Of a DNA stretch of 64,000 bases, positions 45,705 through 54,532 are shown piece after piece. How positions within the stretch are numbered: the first letter of the stretch is position 1; each line of letters begins with the position of its first letter. The notes under the pieces were generated by a model that was given only the letters and a program-made list of their open reading frames with translations, ran no database searches and had not been told where the DNA came from. Location of the stretch: positions 66,682 through 130,681 of the IMG/VR virus record IMGVR_UViG_3300044295_000252; one strand, given 5' to 3'. The stretch is from a virus (taxonomy: Duplodnaviria; Heunggongvirae; Uroviricota; Caudoviricetes). The position numbers and the translations under genes were made by a program.

Positions 45705-45726
45705 GGGGGCGGTATTGCACCGCCCC
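45705..45726 (-). other. strong GC hairpin (GGGGGCGG-tattgca-CCGCCCC) between two - strand genes; possible terminator or processing site without a U-tract
   Basis: 8-bp GC stem. Lies between the stop of 45747..46055 and the next promoter. Confidence 0.35.
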
Positions 45727-45746
45727 TGTTTTACGCTGCGCAGTGA

Positions 45747-46055
45747 TTAGGCAGCTTGAGTGGTTTTGGTCTTAGCTTTAGCTTTGACCTTGACATTGAC
45801 ACCACTGACTTTAACGGTCTTAGCACCGTTATACTTCTCGTTCGCTGCTTCGATAGCTTCGCGAGCTTCGCCAGTGAACTGGGTTTGTTCCATAAGAAAC
45901 TTGACCGCATCGCCCTTGCTCATTGCTTTGGGCAGTTCAATCAAGTTAACGTCGGTCTGTCCGTTTTTGACCATGAGCTTGACGCGCAACATGTCATTAG
46001 CGAAACGAACCTTAGTCTTGCCATTGCTTTTGCTTGTACCAGTTACTTTGAACAT
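45747..46055 (-). CDS. hypothetical protein with Lys-rich C-terminal tail
   Basis: ..VKVSGVNVKVKAKAKTKTTQAA. CTCCTT SD. Preceded by a promoter with a TACAAT -10. Confidence 0.5.
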   Translation of the reverse strand: MFKVTGTSKSNGKTKVRFANDMLRVKLMVKNGQTDVNLIELPKAMSKGDAVKFLMEQTQFTGEAREAIEAANEKYNGAKTVKVSGVNVKVKAKAKTKTTQAA

Positions 46056-46100
46056 CAGTTTCTCCTTAGAGTTGAATTAACAAAAATTACTACTGCACAC

Positions 46101-46129
46101 ATTGTAACAAATCGGTATCCTAGTGTCAA
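46101..46129 (-). promoter_or_regulatory. sigma70-type promoter (-35 TTGACA 46124-46129, 17-nt spacer, -10 TACAAT 46101-46106)
   Basis: Reverse-complement reads TTGACActaggataccgatttgtTACAATgtgtgcag. Confidence 0.55.
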
Positions 46130-46147
46130 CCATTTGTTGCAATTATT

Positions 46148-46276
46148 TTGACCAAAATTAACCAAGACTAAACAGGGCCAGTATAAACATATAAAGCCCC
46201 AGCAAGCTGATTAGCGCAGGTACTACAATATCTACAGACAGATAAGGAAGTATGCTTTGGATGCTGTTTTGGATCA
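46148..46276 (-). CDS. micro-ORF, 42-aa hydrophobic peptide (not in track)
   Basis: GGGAGAA SD. MKQMIQNSIQSILPYLSVDIVVPALISLLGLYMFILALFSLG. Confidence 0.3.
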
Positions 46277-46478
46277 TTTGTTTCATAGGTTCTCCCGGTA
46301 AATTTAGCTTTAGGCTCGCTTTGCGTCCACAAAAGATTCCACCATAGTTTCCAGGGTGCGATTCAGTTGGTCTGCGGCAATATTAGCAGCGAATTCGGTC
46401 TTGAAAGAAGCCACCAGTTCACTGCCAAAAAACACGTTGTGGTGCTCGCCCATGGTAAAAACACGAAAATTTTTCATA

Positions 46479-46664
46479 TCAGTCCTCTTTGTTGTTCAGA
46501 ATGGTCAGGATTTCGCGGGCCAATTCGATACGGCCGTCAAACTTGCCACAGCCATATTCATAATCCCCAGGTTCGAAATTCGCCACGCGATCCTGCACAG
46601 TCTTTTGGGCTGCATAGTATTCCACATACTGGCGAATCTCTTTGAGCTTTTGCTTTTGGTCCAT
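46479..46664 (-). CDS. hypothetical small protein (61 aa)
   Basis: Start at MDQKQKL (the track ORF starts further upstream at 46742, overlapping the micro-ORF 46667..46786). Confidence 0.4.
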   Translation of the reverse strand: MDQKQKLKEIRQYVEYYAAQKTVQDRVANFEPGDYEYGCGKFDGRIELAREILTILNNKED

Positions 46665-46666
46665 GA

Positions 46667-46786
46667 CTAGAGCATCCCGCCAATTCGCATGATCACCAAC
46701 ACAAGACCAGCACCTGCGAAAATTCCAGTGATGATGCCCCAAACAAAAGCTTCATCCAACGACATTTTACCTCGGAGGAACAACAT
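46667..46786 (-). CDS. micro-ORF, 39-aa membrane peptide (not in track)
   Basis: AAGGAGAATCGC SD. MLFLRGKMSLDEAFVWGIITGIFAGAGLVLVIMRIGGML. Confidence 0.35.
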   Translation of the reverse strand: MLFLRGKMSLDEAFVWGIITGIFAGAGLVLVIMRIGGML

Positions 46787-46797
46787 GCGATTCTCCT

Positions 46798-46980
46798 TTA
46801 TTTGCCATTCACAGTGATTTCACCACGGATAACCCCTGCCAGGATAATCACAGCGATCCACTCATTCAAGCCGTAACCAATATTGAGCGCGGGAAACAAG
46901 GTATTCAGTGCCCAGATCGTAGCCAACGGACCAAGGATGATCAGGGCCACAACCAGTAACAGCACAAAAAAGTATTTCAT
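46798..46980 (-). CDS. small membrane protein (60 aa, 2 TM)
   Basis: AAGGAG SD. Strongly hydrophobic sequence. Confidence 0.5.
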   Translation of the reverse strand: MKYFFVLLLVVALIILGPLATIWALNTLFPALNIGYGLNEWIAVIILAGVIRGEITVNGK

Positions 46981-46990
46981 TGAAATCTCC

Positions 46991-47326
46991 TTAGACAGTG
47001 TAACGATGACCGGTCAGCACATTGACCATAGTGGTGCCAGCGCCAAACTCTGCCCGGGCCTCGGCGCGTTCTTCGGCACTGGGGCCTTTGTAGTTAGCGC
47101 GGTATTCTGCCAGAAAAGCCGCAGTGTCAGCATCACGCGCCCCAGCACTGTTTTCACGTTCTTGCAGCGTAATCCAGCCCAGGGACTGAAAGCATTCCAG
47201 CATGTCGTCGAAAGGAACACGATCATTGCTGTTCCAACGCACATGCGGGCCAAACTCTGCGCTGGTGAAATCGATGTAGAACGCGTCTTTGTGTTTCTTT
47301 GCGCTAGCCAGTGTCCATGCATCCAT
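46991..47326 (-). CDS. hypothetical protein (111 aa)
   Basis: Start reassigned to MDAWTLAS (47324-47326), 7 nt downstream of a CTCCTT SD and a promoter cassette. The track start (47377) would lie inside the promoter. Confidence 0.55.
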   Translation of the reverse strand: MDAWTLASAKKHKDAFYIDFTSAEFGPHVRWNSNDRVPFDDMLECFQSLGWITLQERENSAGARDADTAAFLAEYRANYKGPSAEERAEARAEFGAGTTMVNVLTGHRYTV

Positions 47327-47356
47327 CGTCTGCTCCTTGTTATTAACTATACCGCT

Positions 47357-47384
47357 ATTATACAGGTTTTGACCCAAATGTCAA
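47357..47384 (-). promoter_or_regulatory. sigma70-type promoter cassette (-35 TTGACA 47379-47384, 16-nt spacer, -10 TATAAT 47357-47362)
   Basis: Reverse-complement reads TTGACAtttgggtcaaaacctgTATAATagcggtatagttaataacaaggagcagacg ATG. Confidence 0.8.
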
Positions 47385-47425
47385 CCGAAATAGTGGCATA
47401 GTTAATTATCAATTGAATCAAGCAG

Positions 47426-48556
47426 TTAAAACACATTCCATTCTTCTTCGGGCTCAACGGGCGAATCTTCACCGGTTGTTTGCGAGTAAGCTAACAGAAT
47501 GCCATCACGTATCACAACCCTTAGGGAATTACTATAACCAGAATGCCCATCCATATATTTGGAAGTTAAACGTTTTACCAACAAGTTGGCGCTGTCTTCT
47601 CCGTAACTACACAAAACGGGACCTAGCTTGTCGTCCCAATCCAGAGGAATAGGCTTGTCAGACATTAATGCCGACTCATAAATACTACCCATAGCAACCA
47701 ACAGATAAGAATTTACAGGTTGGTCAGGCCAGTATTTTGTAATAAATTTTAGAGAGCGATCAAGAATTACTCCTGGTTGTACCGATTTTCTTGCAGTTTT
47801 GTTAAAGACCTCGTATGCAGAATCAATATGTCCCAAATTGCGCGGCTTTTTGAAAGTTTTATTTTTAACAGGAATAACTCCATATTTGTCAAAAATTGCC
47901 TGCACTGCACATTCAAATTCAAAGCCCGTATCTACCATGATTAGGTGTGAATCATAAGTATCAATTTTCTTTTTACCTGACCCGTTGGTGATTTTAAAAC
48001 AAAGTGCAGCCTTTTTAAGCAATTCCTTCAAAATTACTTTGGGATCACGCTTGTCTTCTGGATCAGCCTGAATGTAACTAATCTTCAGATGCGTATAGCC
48101 TTGGCGCAGGCAAAGCATACTGGTATGGTTGCCGTCCCAAATAATATATCTGCCTGTAACGGGGCACTTAATGCAATAAATTGTTGCCACTGCCATATCT
48201 ATGAAAATGCGTTCATGTTTGGCGATATGCCGTGGAATTATGTTGCGATTGCAACTGACAAGAACCATCATATCTTTTGACTCAACCCATGCAGTAGTAG
48301 GTATGTCATATTTGCCTACACAGTCCTGCACCGTGGGATTTACCCAACCCCGTGGCCGTGGGTCAAAGGTATTTCTAACTTTGGGTGCAGTGCCCAAAAT
48401 TGCATTCACTGCTCGCAAAATATCTTCGGTTGGAATCGCTTCGTCCGGATAATTACGACGCATCTCCCTAAAATTAATTGTATCCATATTGATGGTGAAT
48501 GGATACGCCCAGTTAGCAACAAATGCGTTCAACTTTCTTTTCAATGAAAAATGCAT
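47426..48556 (-). CDS. hypothetical protein (376 aa; possible ParB/Srx-like N-terminal region)
   Basis: DGNHT motif in a region that loosely resembles the ParB/sulfiredoxin fold. Not conclusive. Confidence 0.45.
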   Translation of the reverse strand: MHFSLKRKLNAFVANWAYPFTINMDTINFREMRRNYPDEAIPTEDILRAVNAILGTAPKVRNTFDPRPRGWVNPTVQDCVGKYDIPTTAWVESKDMMVLVSCNRNIIPRHIAKHERIFIDMAVATIYCIKCPVTGRYIIWDGNHTSMLCLRQGYTHLKISYIQADPEDKRDPKVILKELLKKAALCFKITNGSGKKKIDTYDSHLIMVDTGFEFECAVQAIFDKYGVIPVKNKTFKKPRNLGHIDSAYEVFNKTARKSVQPGVILDRSLKFITKYWPDQPVNSYLLVAMGSIYESALMSDKPIPLDWDDKLGPVLCSYGEDSANLLVKRLTSKYMDGHSGYSNSLRVVIRDGILLAYSQTTGEDSPVEPEEEWNVF

Positions 48557-48565
48557 GATATGTCC

Positions 48566-49060
48566 TTATTTTGTGATTGGGTTAAGTAGTGGGATAGATC
48601 CCGAAAGATTGATACATTTTTCTAGCAAAAACTTTTCTAGTGCTTTGTGGAAAGTGGCCCTAAATATCCTTTCTCGGCCGCCAATTATAACCGTTTTTTC
48701 TGTTATTTCACATTGTCTTGCCCAGATGCTAACATCTTTGAAGTCTTTTAATGCTTCTCGAACAAATAACATACCTTTGCCACGCCTATATCCTCCCAAT
48801 CTGCAACTGCTATTGGGCGCGGGCTGGTTTAATTCTCCTGAATACCTTATGCCCAAGGGCAGTCCAGATTCTCCAATTCTTACCACGGTTTTACCTTGCG
48901 TGATCAAATACACATTGCTATCATGCGGAGAAAATAATAGATCCAAATTTGCTCTGCAAAAAGACCATTCTAGGTTAGGATGACATACTACATCTGCAAC
49001 ATGTTGAAACCCGTCGCAAATATAATTGTCAATGTTGAAAACTGGATGTATATCAGTCAT
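48566..49060 (-). CDS. hypothetical protein
   Basis: 164-aa ORF. ATGA overlap with the FkbM gene. Confidence 0.45.
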   Translation of the reverse strand: MTDIHPVFNIDNYICDGFQHVADVVCHPNLEWSFCRANLDLLFSPHDSNVYLITQGKTVVRIGESGLPLGIRYSGELNQPAPNSSCRLGGYRRGKGMLFVREALKDFKDVSIWARQCEITEKTVIIGGRERIFRATFHKALEKFLLEKCINLSGSIPLLNPITK

Positions 49061-49851
49061 TCTAACACGCGAACTGTCTTGGGAACCTCAGCGGCCACTG
49101 CAATACTTTTATGTACAAAAAATCGTTCAATACATTTAGGCACACGAGTGTATTCAGTGCCCTCGGCGGTAATTTTACGACTCTTGACATAATATGCAGC
49201 AAAGTCACGCTGAATCATCCAGTCGTAAATGTCTTTGATATCACGCCTAGCACGTTTTAGCGCAGGTTCATAGACCTCCAGTTGCATGATGGGTTTATCA
49301 CGCAGAATGGTCTGCTCTGCACCACGCAACACATCCAGCTCATAGCCCTCGACGTCGATTTTCATGATGTCAACGTCCACTAGGTTCAGCGCGTCCAGTG
49401 GAACGATCGTCATGGTTTCAGTTTTACTGCGAGTTTTGCTGACGTCAGATACCCTAGCGTTGGCGCCGCAGGTATTGCTACTCAGCGTAATCAGTGCCGT
49501 TTCATGCTGCGCGCCAATACCTTGGTTATATGCAGTGACGTTTTTCAAATCGTTTTGTTCAATGTTCTTTTCCAACAGTTTGAACGTATCAGTCACAGGT
49601 TCAAATGCGTGGATATGTTGGCAAAAGTGGCTTAGTGCCCAGGTAATCTCGCCAATATTTGCGCCAATGTCGCAAGCGGTTCTTGCGGTAGGCTTCATGA
49701 ACTTGAGGAAGTTATTGTAGCCTTTGTTCTTGGCTCCGCGAATCACAGTATTTTGCACGTAATCACCGCGTGGTACCCAATAACCAGGTCCATAAGGTGT
49801 GGCAACAAAAATGTGATTGGGATCGTTGTTTAGATGTGCTAGTGGTGTCAT
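49057..49851 (-). CDS. FkbM-family SAM-dependent methyltransferase
   Basis: DIGANIGEITWAL (SAM-binding motif I) and MKIDVEGYELDVLRGAE (FkbM-family signature). 264 aa. Confidence 0.7.
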   Translation of the reverse strand: MTPLAHLNNDPNHIFVATPYGPGYWVPRGDYVQNTVIRGAKNKGYNNFLKFMKPTARTACDIGANIGEITWALSHFCQHIHAFEPVTDTFKLLEKNIEQNDLKNVTAYNQGIGAQHETALITLSSNTCGANARVSDVSKTRSKTETMTIVPLDALNLVDVDIMKIDVEGYELDVLRGAEQTILRDKPIMQLEVYEPALKRARRDIKDIYDWMIQRDFAAYYVKSRKITAEGTEYTRVPKCIERFFVHKSIAVAAEVPKTVRVLE

Positions 49852-49888
49852 TGATTTCTCCGGTATTCCATATATAGTGCTGGTGCGA

Positions 49889-50227
49889 TCATTGTTTATT
49901 TTTGTTGCTCAAATAGCTGCGCAACAGTCGTTCAATGTTGGCACCACCCACTATATTAGCACTATGCACAGCAAAGTCAAATTCACTGGGCAACACCGCA
50001 TGATCCAGATCCTGCTCTACGATCCAGCGAGCAAAATCCATGCCCGTGGCAACATCAGCGCCGAGATCGTGATCAAAGCTGATGAACTGAGGCCAGCCCT
50101 GTTCTGCAATAATAGTCTGCGCTTCCGCTACACTGCGAGCAATGGTCCACAAGGGCAAGTAACCCTGAGGAAATCGCTCGTCGTCCAGGAACAGAATATA
50201 AGCGTCAGATTTTTTCCTGCGCGGCAT
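49889..50227 (-). CDS. hypothetical protein (possible receiver/CheY-like fold)
   Basis: Start at MPRRKK to abut the upstream gene. ILFLDDE .. SFDHDLG pattern. Confidence 0.35.
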   Translation of the reverse strand: MPRRKKSDAYILFLDDERFPQGYLPLWTIARSVAEAQTIIAEQGWPQFISFDHDLGADVATGMDFARWIVEQDLDHAVLPSEFDFAVHSANIVGGANIERLLRSYLSNKNKQ

Positions 50228-50228
50228 A

Positions 50229-50918
50229 TTAGCTACGCTCCATACGCATACGAGCCAAAAACTTGTTATGCTCGTCGGTTTCAGTTTGTTCGCGATCCGC
50301 CGCAGCTTCCCGACGCTGCATCGCTCGTTCCGCCTGTTCAACTTGTTGCTTAACTGCGACGTCAATCAAGTCCATTTGCACTTTGACGGGACCATAAAGC
50401 GTTTCGTCGTCGCTTTCCAACAGATCATAATACTGCTCTTCTAGCACCATTCGCTGTTCCAGCAAGTTACCCACGTCCTGGCCCAGGTAGGGATTGGCTT
50501 TAGCCGGACCTGTGGGTTCAGCTTCCAGTTCTTCGCGAGTCTTGTCATACCGGGCCCACGCGCCGGCCCAAGCTTTACCGCACTGTTCAGTGGGCATCTG
50601 CGGTTTGGGTTGCGCTGCCTTAGCCTGTGCCACCAGCAGCAATTGCCCAGCGTAGATTTCAATGCGCATCTTGCCTGTGCGATCCAGCATGCGCCAGTAG
50701 GCGATTTGTTTAGTAGTCAAGTAGCCACGGCTCTGATAGAACTTGGCCATGGACGAACCCATACGGGCGTGACAGGGTCTGAATCCCTCGCCATTGCGAT
50801 AGCGAGTTTCTTCAGTGGCTTGCTCGCTGTCAGTTTGACGGTTGTTCAGCGCAACAATAGCACGAGCAACAGCCTTATCATTCTTTTTCAACAGTTCAAC
50901 GATATCTTGTTTGTTCAC
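50229..50918 (-). CDS. hypothetical protein (GTG start)
   Basis: GTG at 50916-50918 with an AGGAGC SD and a promoter cassette. 229 aa. Confidence 0.5.
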   Translation of the reverse strand: MNKQDIVELLKKNDKAVARAIVALNNRQTDSEQATEETRYRNGEGFRPCHARMGSSMAKFYQSRGYLTTKQIAYWRMLDRTGKMRIEIYAGQLLLVAQAKAAQPKPQMPTEQCGKAWAGAWARYDKTREELEAEPTGPAKANPYLGQDVGNLLEQRMVLEEQYYDLLESDDETLYGPVKVQMDLIDVAVKQQVEQAERAMQRREAAADREQTETDEHNKFLARMRMERS

Positions 50919-50947
50919 GCTAGCTCCTATTCGTTAACTATACCGCT

Positions 50948-50975
50948 ATTATACGCGTCTTAACCAGAATGTCAA
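50948..50975 (-). promoter_or_regulatory. sigma70-type promoter cassette (-35 TTGACA 50970-50975, 16-nt spacer, -10 TATAAT 50948-50953)
   Basis: Reverse-complement reads TTGACAttctggttaagacgcgTATAATagcggtatagttaacgaataggagctagc GTG. Confidence 0.8.
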
Positions 50976-50993
50976 CCGAAATTTTAAGTGTTG

Positions 50994-51527
50994 CTAGTCC
51001 TTGAATAGATTGGGGAATTTTTCACCAACAAAATCATGCACTTGCTCTTGGGTCATGTCGCCGAGATCCTTGCCGCCCTGCACTGTCACGGCCCTTGAGC
51101 AGAGTTTCGCCAGTTTCGCACCCGCTACATCGTCATCACAGACCGCCACAGTGACACGCCCCAGTGACCCCATCCAGGGCCGCAATTGCCGGGGATCGTT
51201 GCCCAGAACCGCCACCGCAGGCAAGCCCAGGTTATGCAGCTTACACGCATCAAACACACCTTGGGTCACGAACAATACATCACTGCGAAAGTGCCAAGTC
51301 TCCAAGCCCCAGACCGCCAGCTTGTTTTTGGCCCAGGTAAAGTAGCGACCTTCTCGCGGATCATTGCGACATGTTTTGGGCGCAAAGGGGCGATACTGCT
51401 GATAGCCAGCCCACTGCCCCGACAGATTCCACAGGGCAAAACAAGCGGTCTCATCGTCCCAGCTCACAGTGTAGAGGCTGGGATCAAGTCCGCGTTCCAG
51501 TAGATGTGTCTTAACGTCCATGGCCAT
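50994..51527 (-). CDS. Toprim-domain protein (DnaG-primase-like Toprim only)
   Basis: VTQGVFDACKLHNLGLPAVAVLGNDP ... VCDDDVAGAKLA matches the Toprim E/DxD layout (Glu replaced by Gln). No primase catalytic core. Confidence 0.4.
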   Translation of the reverse strand: MAMDVKTHLLERGLDPSLYTVSWDDETACFALWNLSGQWAGYQQYRPFAPKTCRNDPREGRYFTWAKNKLAVWGLETWHFRSDVLFVTQGVFDACKLHNLGLPAVAVLGNDPRQLRPWMGSLGRVTVAVCDDDVAGAKLAKLCSRAVTVQGGKDLGDMTQEQVHDFVGEKFPNLFKD

Positions 51528-51528
51528 A

Positions 51529-51556
51529 TACTAGCAAATGGATGGCCAAAAGTCAA
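51529..51556 (-). promoter_or_regulatory. possible promoter (-35 TTGACT 51551-51556, 16-nt spacer, -10 TAGTAT 51529-51534)
   Basis: Weaker -10. Would give a leaderless transcript starting at Met3 of the Toprim ORF. Confidence 0.35.
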
Positions 51557-51562
51557 CCAAAA

Positions 51563-52459
51563 TTAGTTACGTATAACCATATGATTTTTTATAATCTTAC
51601 CGTAAAATTCCATTTGTTCGCTGTGCCATAGGTTAAATTGATTGATATTTAACAAATTCATTATTAGCCCAGCACGTTCAGTATCTGCGGCAAAATCCTC
51701 GTCCTTGGATATACGATTAATAAAATTGACCCAGTAAGACTTTTCAACTTGGGACATATTTTTAGGTATAGCAAACAAAGCATAGGCAGTCGTTTTCATT
51801 TCCCTACCAAATGTTTCTTTAAAAGTTGGCACCCCCTGCAGTTGGGCGAATTTATGTTGACTGTTAACAGCCAAAATCTTTACGTTTTTATTGTTTAATA
51901 AGGGACTTATACCTGTCAAATTTGTCATTGAAAAATCAGTTTGTTTAGATAATACACTTAAAACAGACTGCGCGCCGCCGTTATAGGGGATAGGGCGTGC
52001 ACGGACGGATGCAGTTTCTAAAAATTCCAAAATTCCAATATGATTGAAAGACCCAGATGTAGAATACAACAGCTCTTTCCCTTGCATTATTTTTATGAGC
52101 TCATGCACAGTTTTAATTTCCAAAAAACTATGTGCAAACAAAATATTAGGTGAACTGCCTAATACCATTAAATCAAAACGTTCAGAAAAATTAAATGATT
52201 TTTCATCTGAGTAAAGTAAAGGGTCAGTTATGGCGAAACTCATGCCCATAGATATTAAATATCTTTTTTTTACTGCTTGGTCAAATTGTTGAATGGATCT
52301 TCCTTGATTTTGATTGATCACAATAGAATTTTTTTCATATTTTGATATGAGCCTAGCTATGGTATCACTCCAACCACCAGCCGCATATGGCACATAGATT
52401 ACATTTTGAGCGTGGGATATTTGGATAGAAAGCAAGAATAGGAATATAAGTAGCTTCAT
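51563..52459 (-). CDS. TctC/Bug-family periplasmic solute-binding protein-like (signal peptide)
   Basis: Signal peptide MKLLIFLFLLSIQISHA. IYVPYAAGGWSDTIARLISK matches the Bug/TctC N-terminal signature. The gene opens an AT-rich island. Confidence 0.5.
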   Translation of the reverse strand: MKLLIFLFLLSIQISHAQNVIYVPYAAGGWSDTIARLISKYEKNSIVINQNQGRSIQQFDQAVKKRYLISMGMSFAITDPLLYSDEKSFNFSERFDLMVLGSSPNILFAHSFLEIKTVHELIKIMQGKELLYSTSGSFNHIGILEFLETASVRARPIPYNGGAQSVLSVLSKQTDFSMTNLTGISPLLNNKNVKILAVNSQHKFAQLQGVPTFKETFGREMKTTAYALFAIPKNMSQVEKSYWVNFINRISKDEDFAADTERAGLIMNLLNINQFNLWHSEQMEFYGKIIKNHMVIRN

Positions 52460-53331
52460 AATGTTAAATCATTAATTATTTCTTTTACAGACTTAATGGA
52501 ATAAATGTAATCAATCGCGGTTCCAGCCAAAATATGACCTTGAGAGCCGCTGTTTAACCCTGTATATAAACTCTCAGTATGATTCATTTCTTCAGATTCA
52601 ACGTGCGATAAAATTAAGGCATTTTGTTTGTTGTATTTTCCAACCATTTCCTTCACATCTTTACTAAAACTGCTGACAACTTTTAGTTTTGCTTCCTCTG
52701 AAACTTTGCTTTCCTTGGAAAAAGCAAATAATGTTCCAATCCCAACTGCACACGCACCAATTTCCATCAACTGTAATATTTGAGATTTTGAATGTATACC
52801 GCCCGAGGGGATTAAACATTTTTCCGGAAACTTTTGTTTATAATCTATCAGCATAACATCTAAGGAATCTGTTGTGTTGCCTATTCTACCAGCAGCTTTA
52901 GAAGATTTAAAAATTAACCCATCATAAAAATCAAGATTATCTAAATACGATGTACTTTTCAAAAGCACTTTACATCCCAAATTTTTAATTTTTTCAAAAT
53001 TATTTTTCCTTTGTGTTGTGGTGATTTCGGCTCTATGTAATAGTTCACAATGACTAACCATTTTCAAAGCTTCAAGAACGTCATGGGAATTTAAGTTATC
53101 TTCGGGTACACTGAATAATAAATTTTTACCTTTTGATATCTTTTGAAATAAACTTAAATCGTTAACTAGCAAGTTATAATTTATTTTTCCGTTGTTCCTA
53201 TATGAGGACAAGGATAAACTGGGGAATGCTCCGGCTTTGAATACACTCAGAGCCAATTTTAAATCTGAAACACCATTCATGGGTAGACATATGATAGGAT
53301 GTTTACAATCAAAAAAATTTTCACAACTCAT
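52456..53331 (-). CDS. NMO/FabK-like FMN-dependent TIM-barrel oxidoreductase
   Basis: IICLPMNGVSDLKLALSVFKAGAF and GACAVGIGTLFAFSKES resemble the nitronate monooxygenase/enoyl-ACP reductase II family. Confidence 0.5.
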   Translation of the reverse strand: MSCENFFDCKHPIICLPMNGVSDLKLALSVFKAGAFPSLSLSSYRNNGKINYNLLVNDLSLFQKISKGKNLLFSVPEDNLNSHDVLEALKMVSHCELLHRAEITTTQRKNNFEKIKNLGCKVLLKSTSYLDNLDFYDGLIFKSSKAAGRIGNTTDSLDVMLIDYKQKFPEKCLIPSGGIHSKSQILQLMEIGACAVGIGTLFAFSKESKVSEEAKLKVVSSFSKDVKEMVGKYNKQNALILSHVESEEMNHTESLYTGLNSGSQGHILAGTAIDYIYSIKSVKEIINDLTL

Positions 53332-54532
53332 AAAGCTTAGATCTTATTTTAAAAATTGATTTGGGGTACAAGACGTTTTGATAGGAAAAATAATCCTCAA
53401 TCCAATTTGGTTGAATAGTATTACTTAAGTATTTTAAGCCATCTAAAAATATTTTTACTTGAGGTTCGTTACCTTTAGTCCAAAACCATGAATCCCTTGA
53501 ACTAAGGAAATTGCCCGTAATTGATTTAGTTATAAGCCTATTTGATATATCCCAGTAGGGATAAATCAATGTTTTAAAATTGTCTATTTCTAATAATTTT
53601 CTGCCCTGCCACAAAACAAACGCATTCTCGTCTTTTATTGATTGATTTTTCAATGAGTTTCTAATATTATCATTATTTGACAAGAAGTTTTTTATTATAT
53701 GCGCTTGTTTGATAATGATTTTAGCAGAAGCTGAAGTCGGTCCCCAGTAAAACAATTCATTTGATATAGAATTGTGATTTGAAGTTTGTTGTGGTCTTAA
53801 TGAAAAAATCCCATCTATCACATCAAGGAAATAGAAGAAAAATTTGCCATTTTTTATAGTCAATTTAGGCTTTTCTCCGCCCCACAGCAAACACACCCTC
53901 TTGCCGGATTCGGTTATTCTTTGCCATTCCGGAACAAGATTTTCTAATTCACCTTTAGCTTGGCAATATGCGCTGCCATAATTATTGATCCAATGTATGA
54001 AGTCTAATTGCGTATTTTTATTGTAAAATTTTAAGGTTTGTTCGGTGATGTCCAACAACCTTATTTTAGTTTTCAGTTTATATTGTTCAATCAAATTTTC
54101 TATTTTTGGCTTGCCTACGTTAAATACTTCAAAATTATGGAAACTATTTTGATTTCTAGACCCATTCATATTCGTTAAACAACATACTTCATCTAAATAA
54201 ATATTATTTCTAACAAAAGTCTCAAGTATATTGCCCGAATCTGCACCACCACCGTACATCAAAATTATGTAATCAAACCTATGTCTTAATTCTAATGCTT
54301 TGTCAATATAACATGCTTCTAAAGATACGCTGGGTTCCTGTTTCCAATCAAACGAACTAAAAAAATCGTCGTGGTAATGCCAACTTACATCTCGAGGATC
54401 ATTGGTTAAAAGCATTAGATCATACTTATTATTAAATTTTAAGTTTTGAAAAAGATAATAACCATAATAGTCAGTATCTGGCGAAAGAATAGATGTCATT
54501 TTACTAAAATAGTTATTTTGTTCTTGCTTCAT
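53321..54532 (-). CDS. hypothetical protein (403 aa), AT-rich
   Basis: Long ORF. No recognised motifs. Confidence 0.5.
   Translation of the reverse strand: MKQEQNNYFSKMTSILSPDTDYYGYYLFQNLKFNNKYDLMLLTNDPRDVSWHYHDDFFSSFDWKQEPSVSLEACYIDKALELRHRFDYIILMYGGGADSGNILETFVRNNIYLDEVCCLTNMNGSRNQNSFHNFEVFNVGKPKIENLIEQYKLKTKIRLLDITEQTLKFYNKNTQLDFIHWINNYGSAYCQAKGELENLVPEWQRITESGKRVCLLWGGEKPKLTIKNGKFFFYFLDVIDGIFSLRPQQTSNHNSISNELFYWGPTSASAKIIIKQAHIIKNFLSNNDNIRNSLKNQSIKDENAFVLWQGRKLLEIDNFKTLIYPYWDISNRLITKSITGNFLSSRDSWFWTKGNEPQVKIFLDGLKYLSNTIQPNWIEDYFSYQNVLYPKSIFKIRSKLYEL

Noticed and set aside
45705-45726. GC-rich hairpin as an intrinsic terminator of 45747..46055
   Set aside because: A perfect 8-bp GC stem is present, but no U-tract follows on the - strand transcript. 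It is reported only as a hairpin or possible processing site.
47377-47377. Track start codons at 47377 (ORF 46991..47377) and 30342 (ORF 29803..30342)
   Set aside because: Both extended starts lie inside or upstream of the conserved -10/-35 cassette. In-frame ATGs with SD or leaderless geometry further downstream (47326 and 30300) fit the promoter architecture, so the shorter ORFs were preferred.
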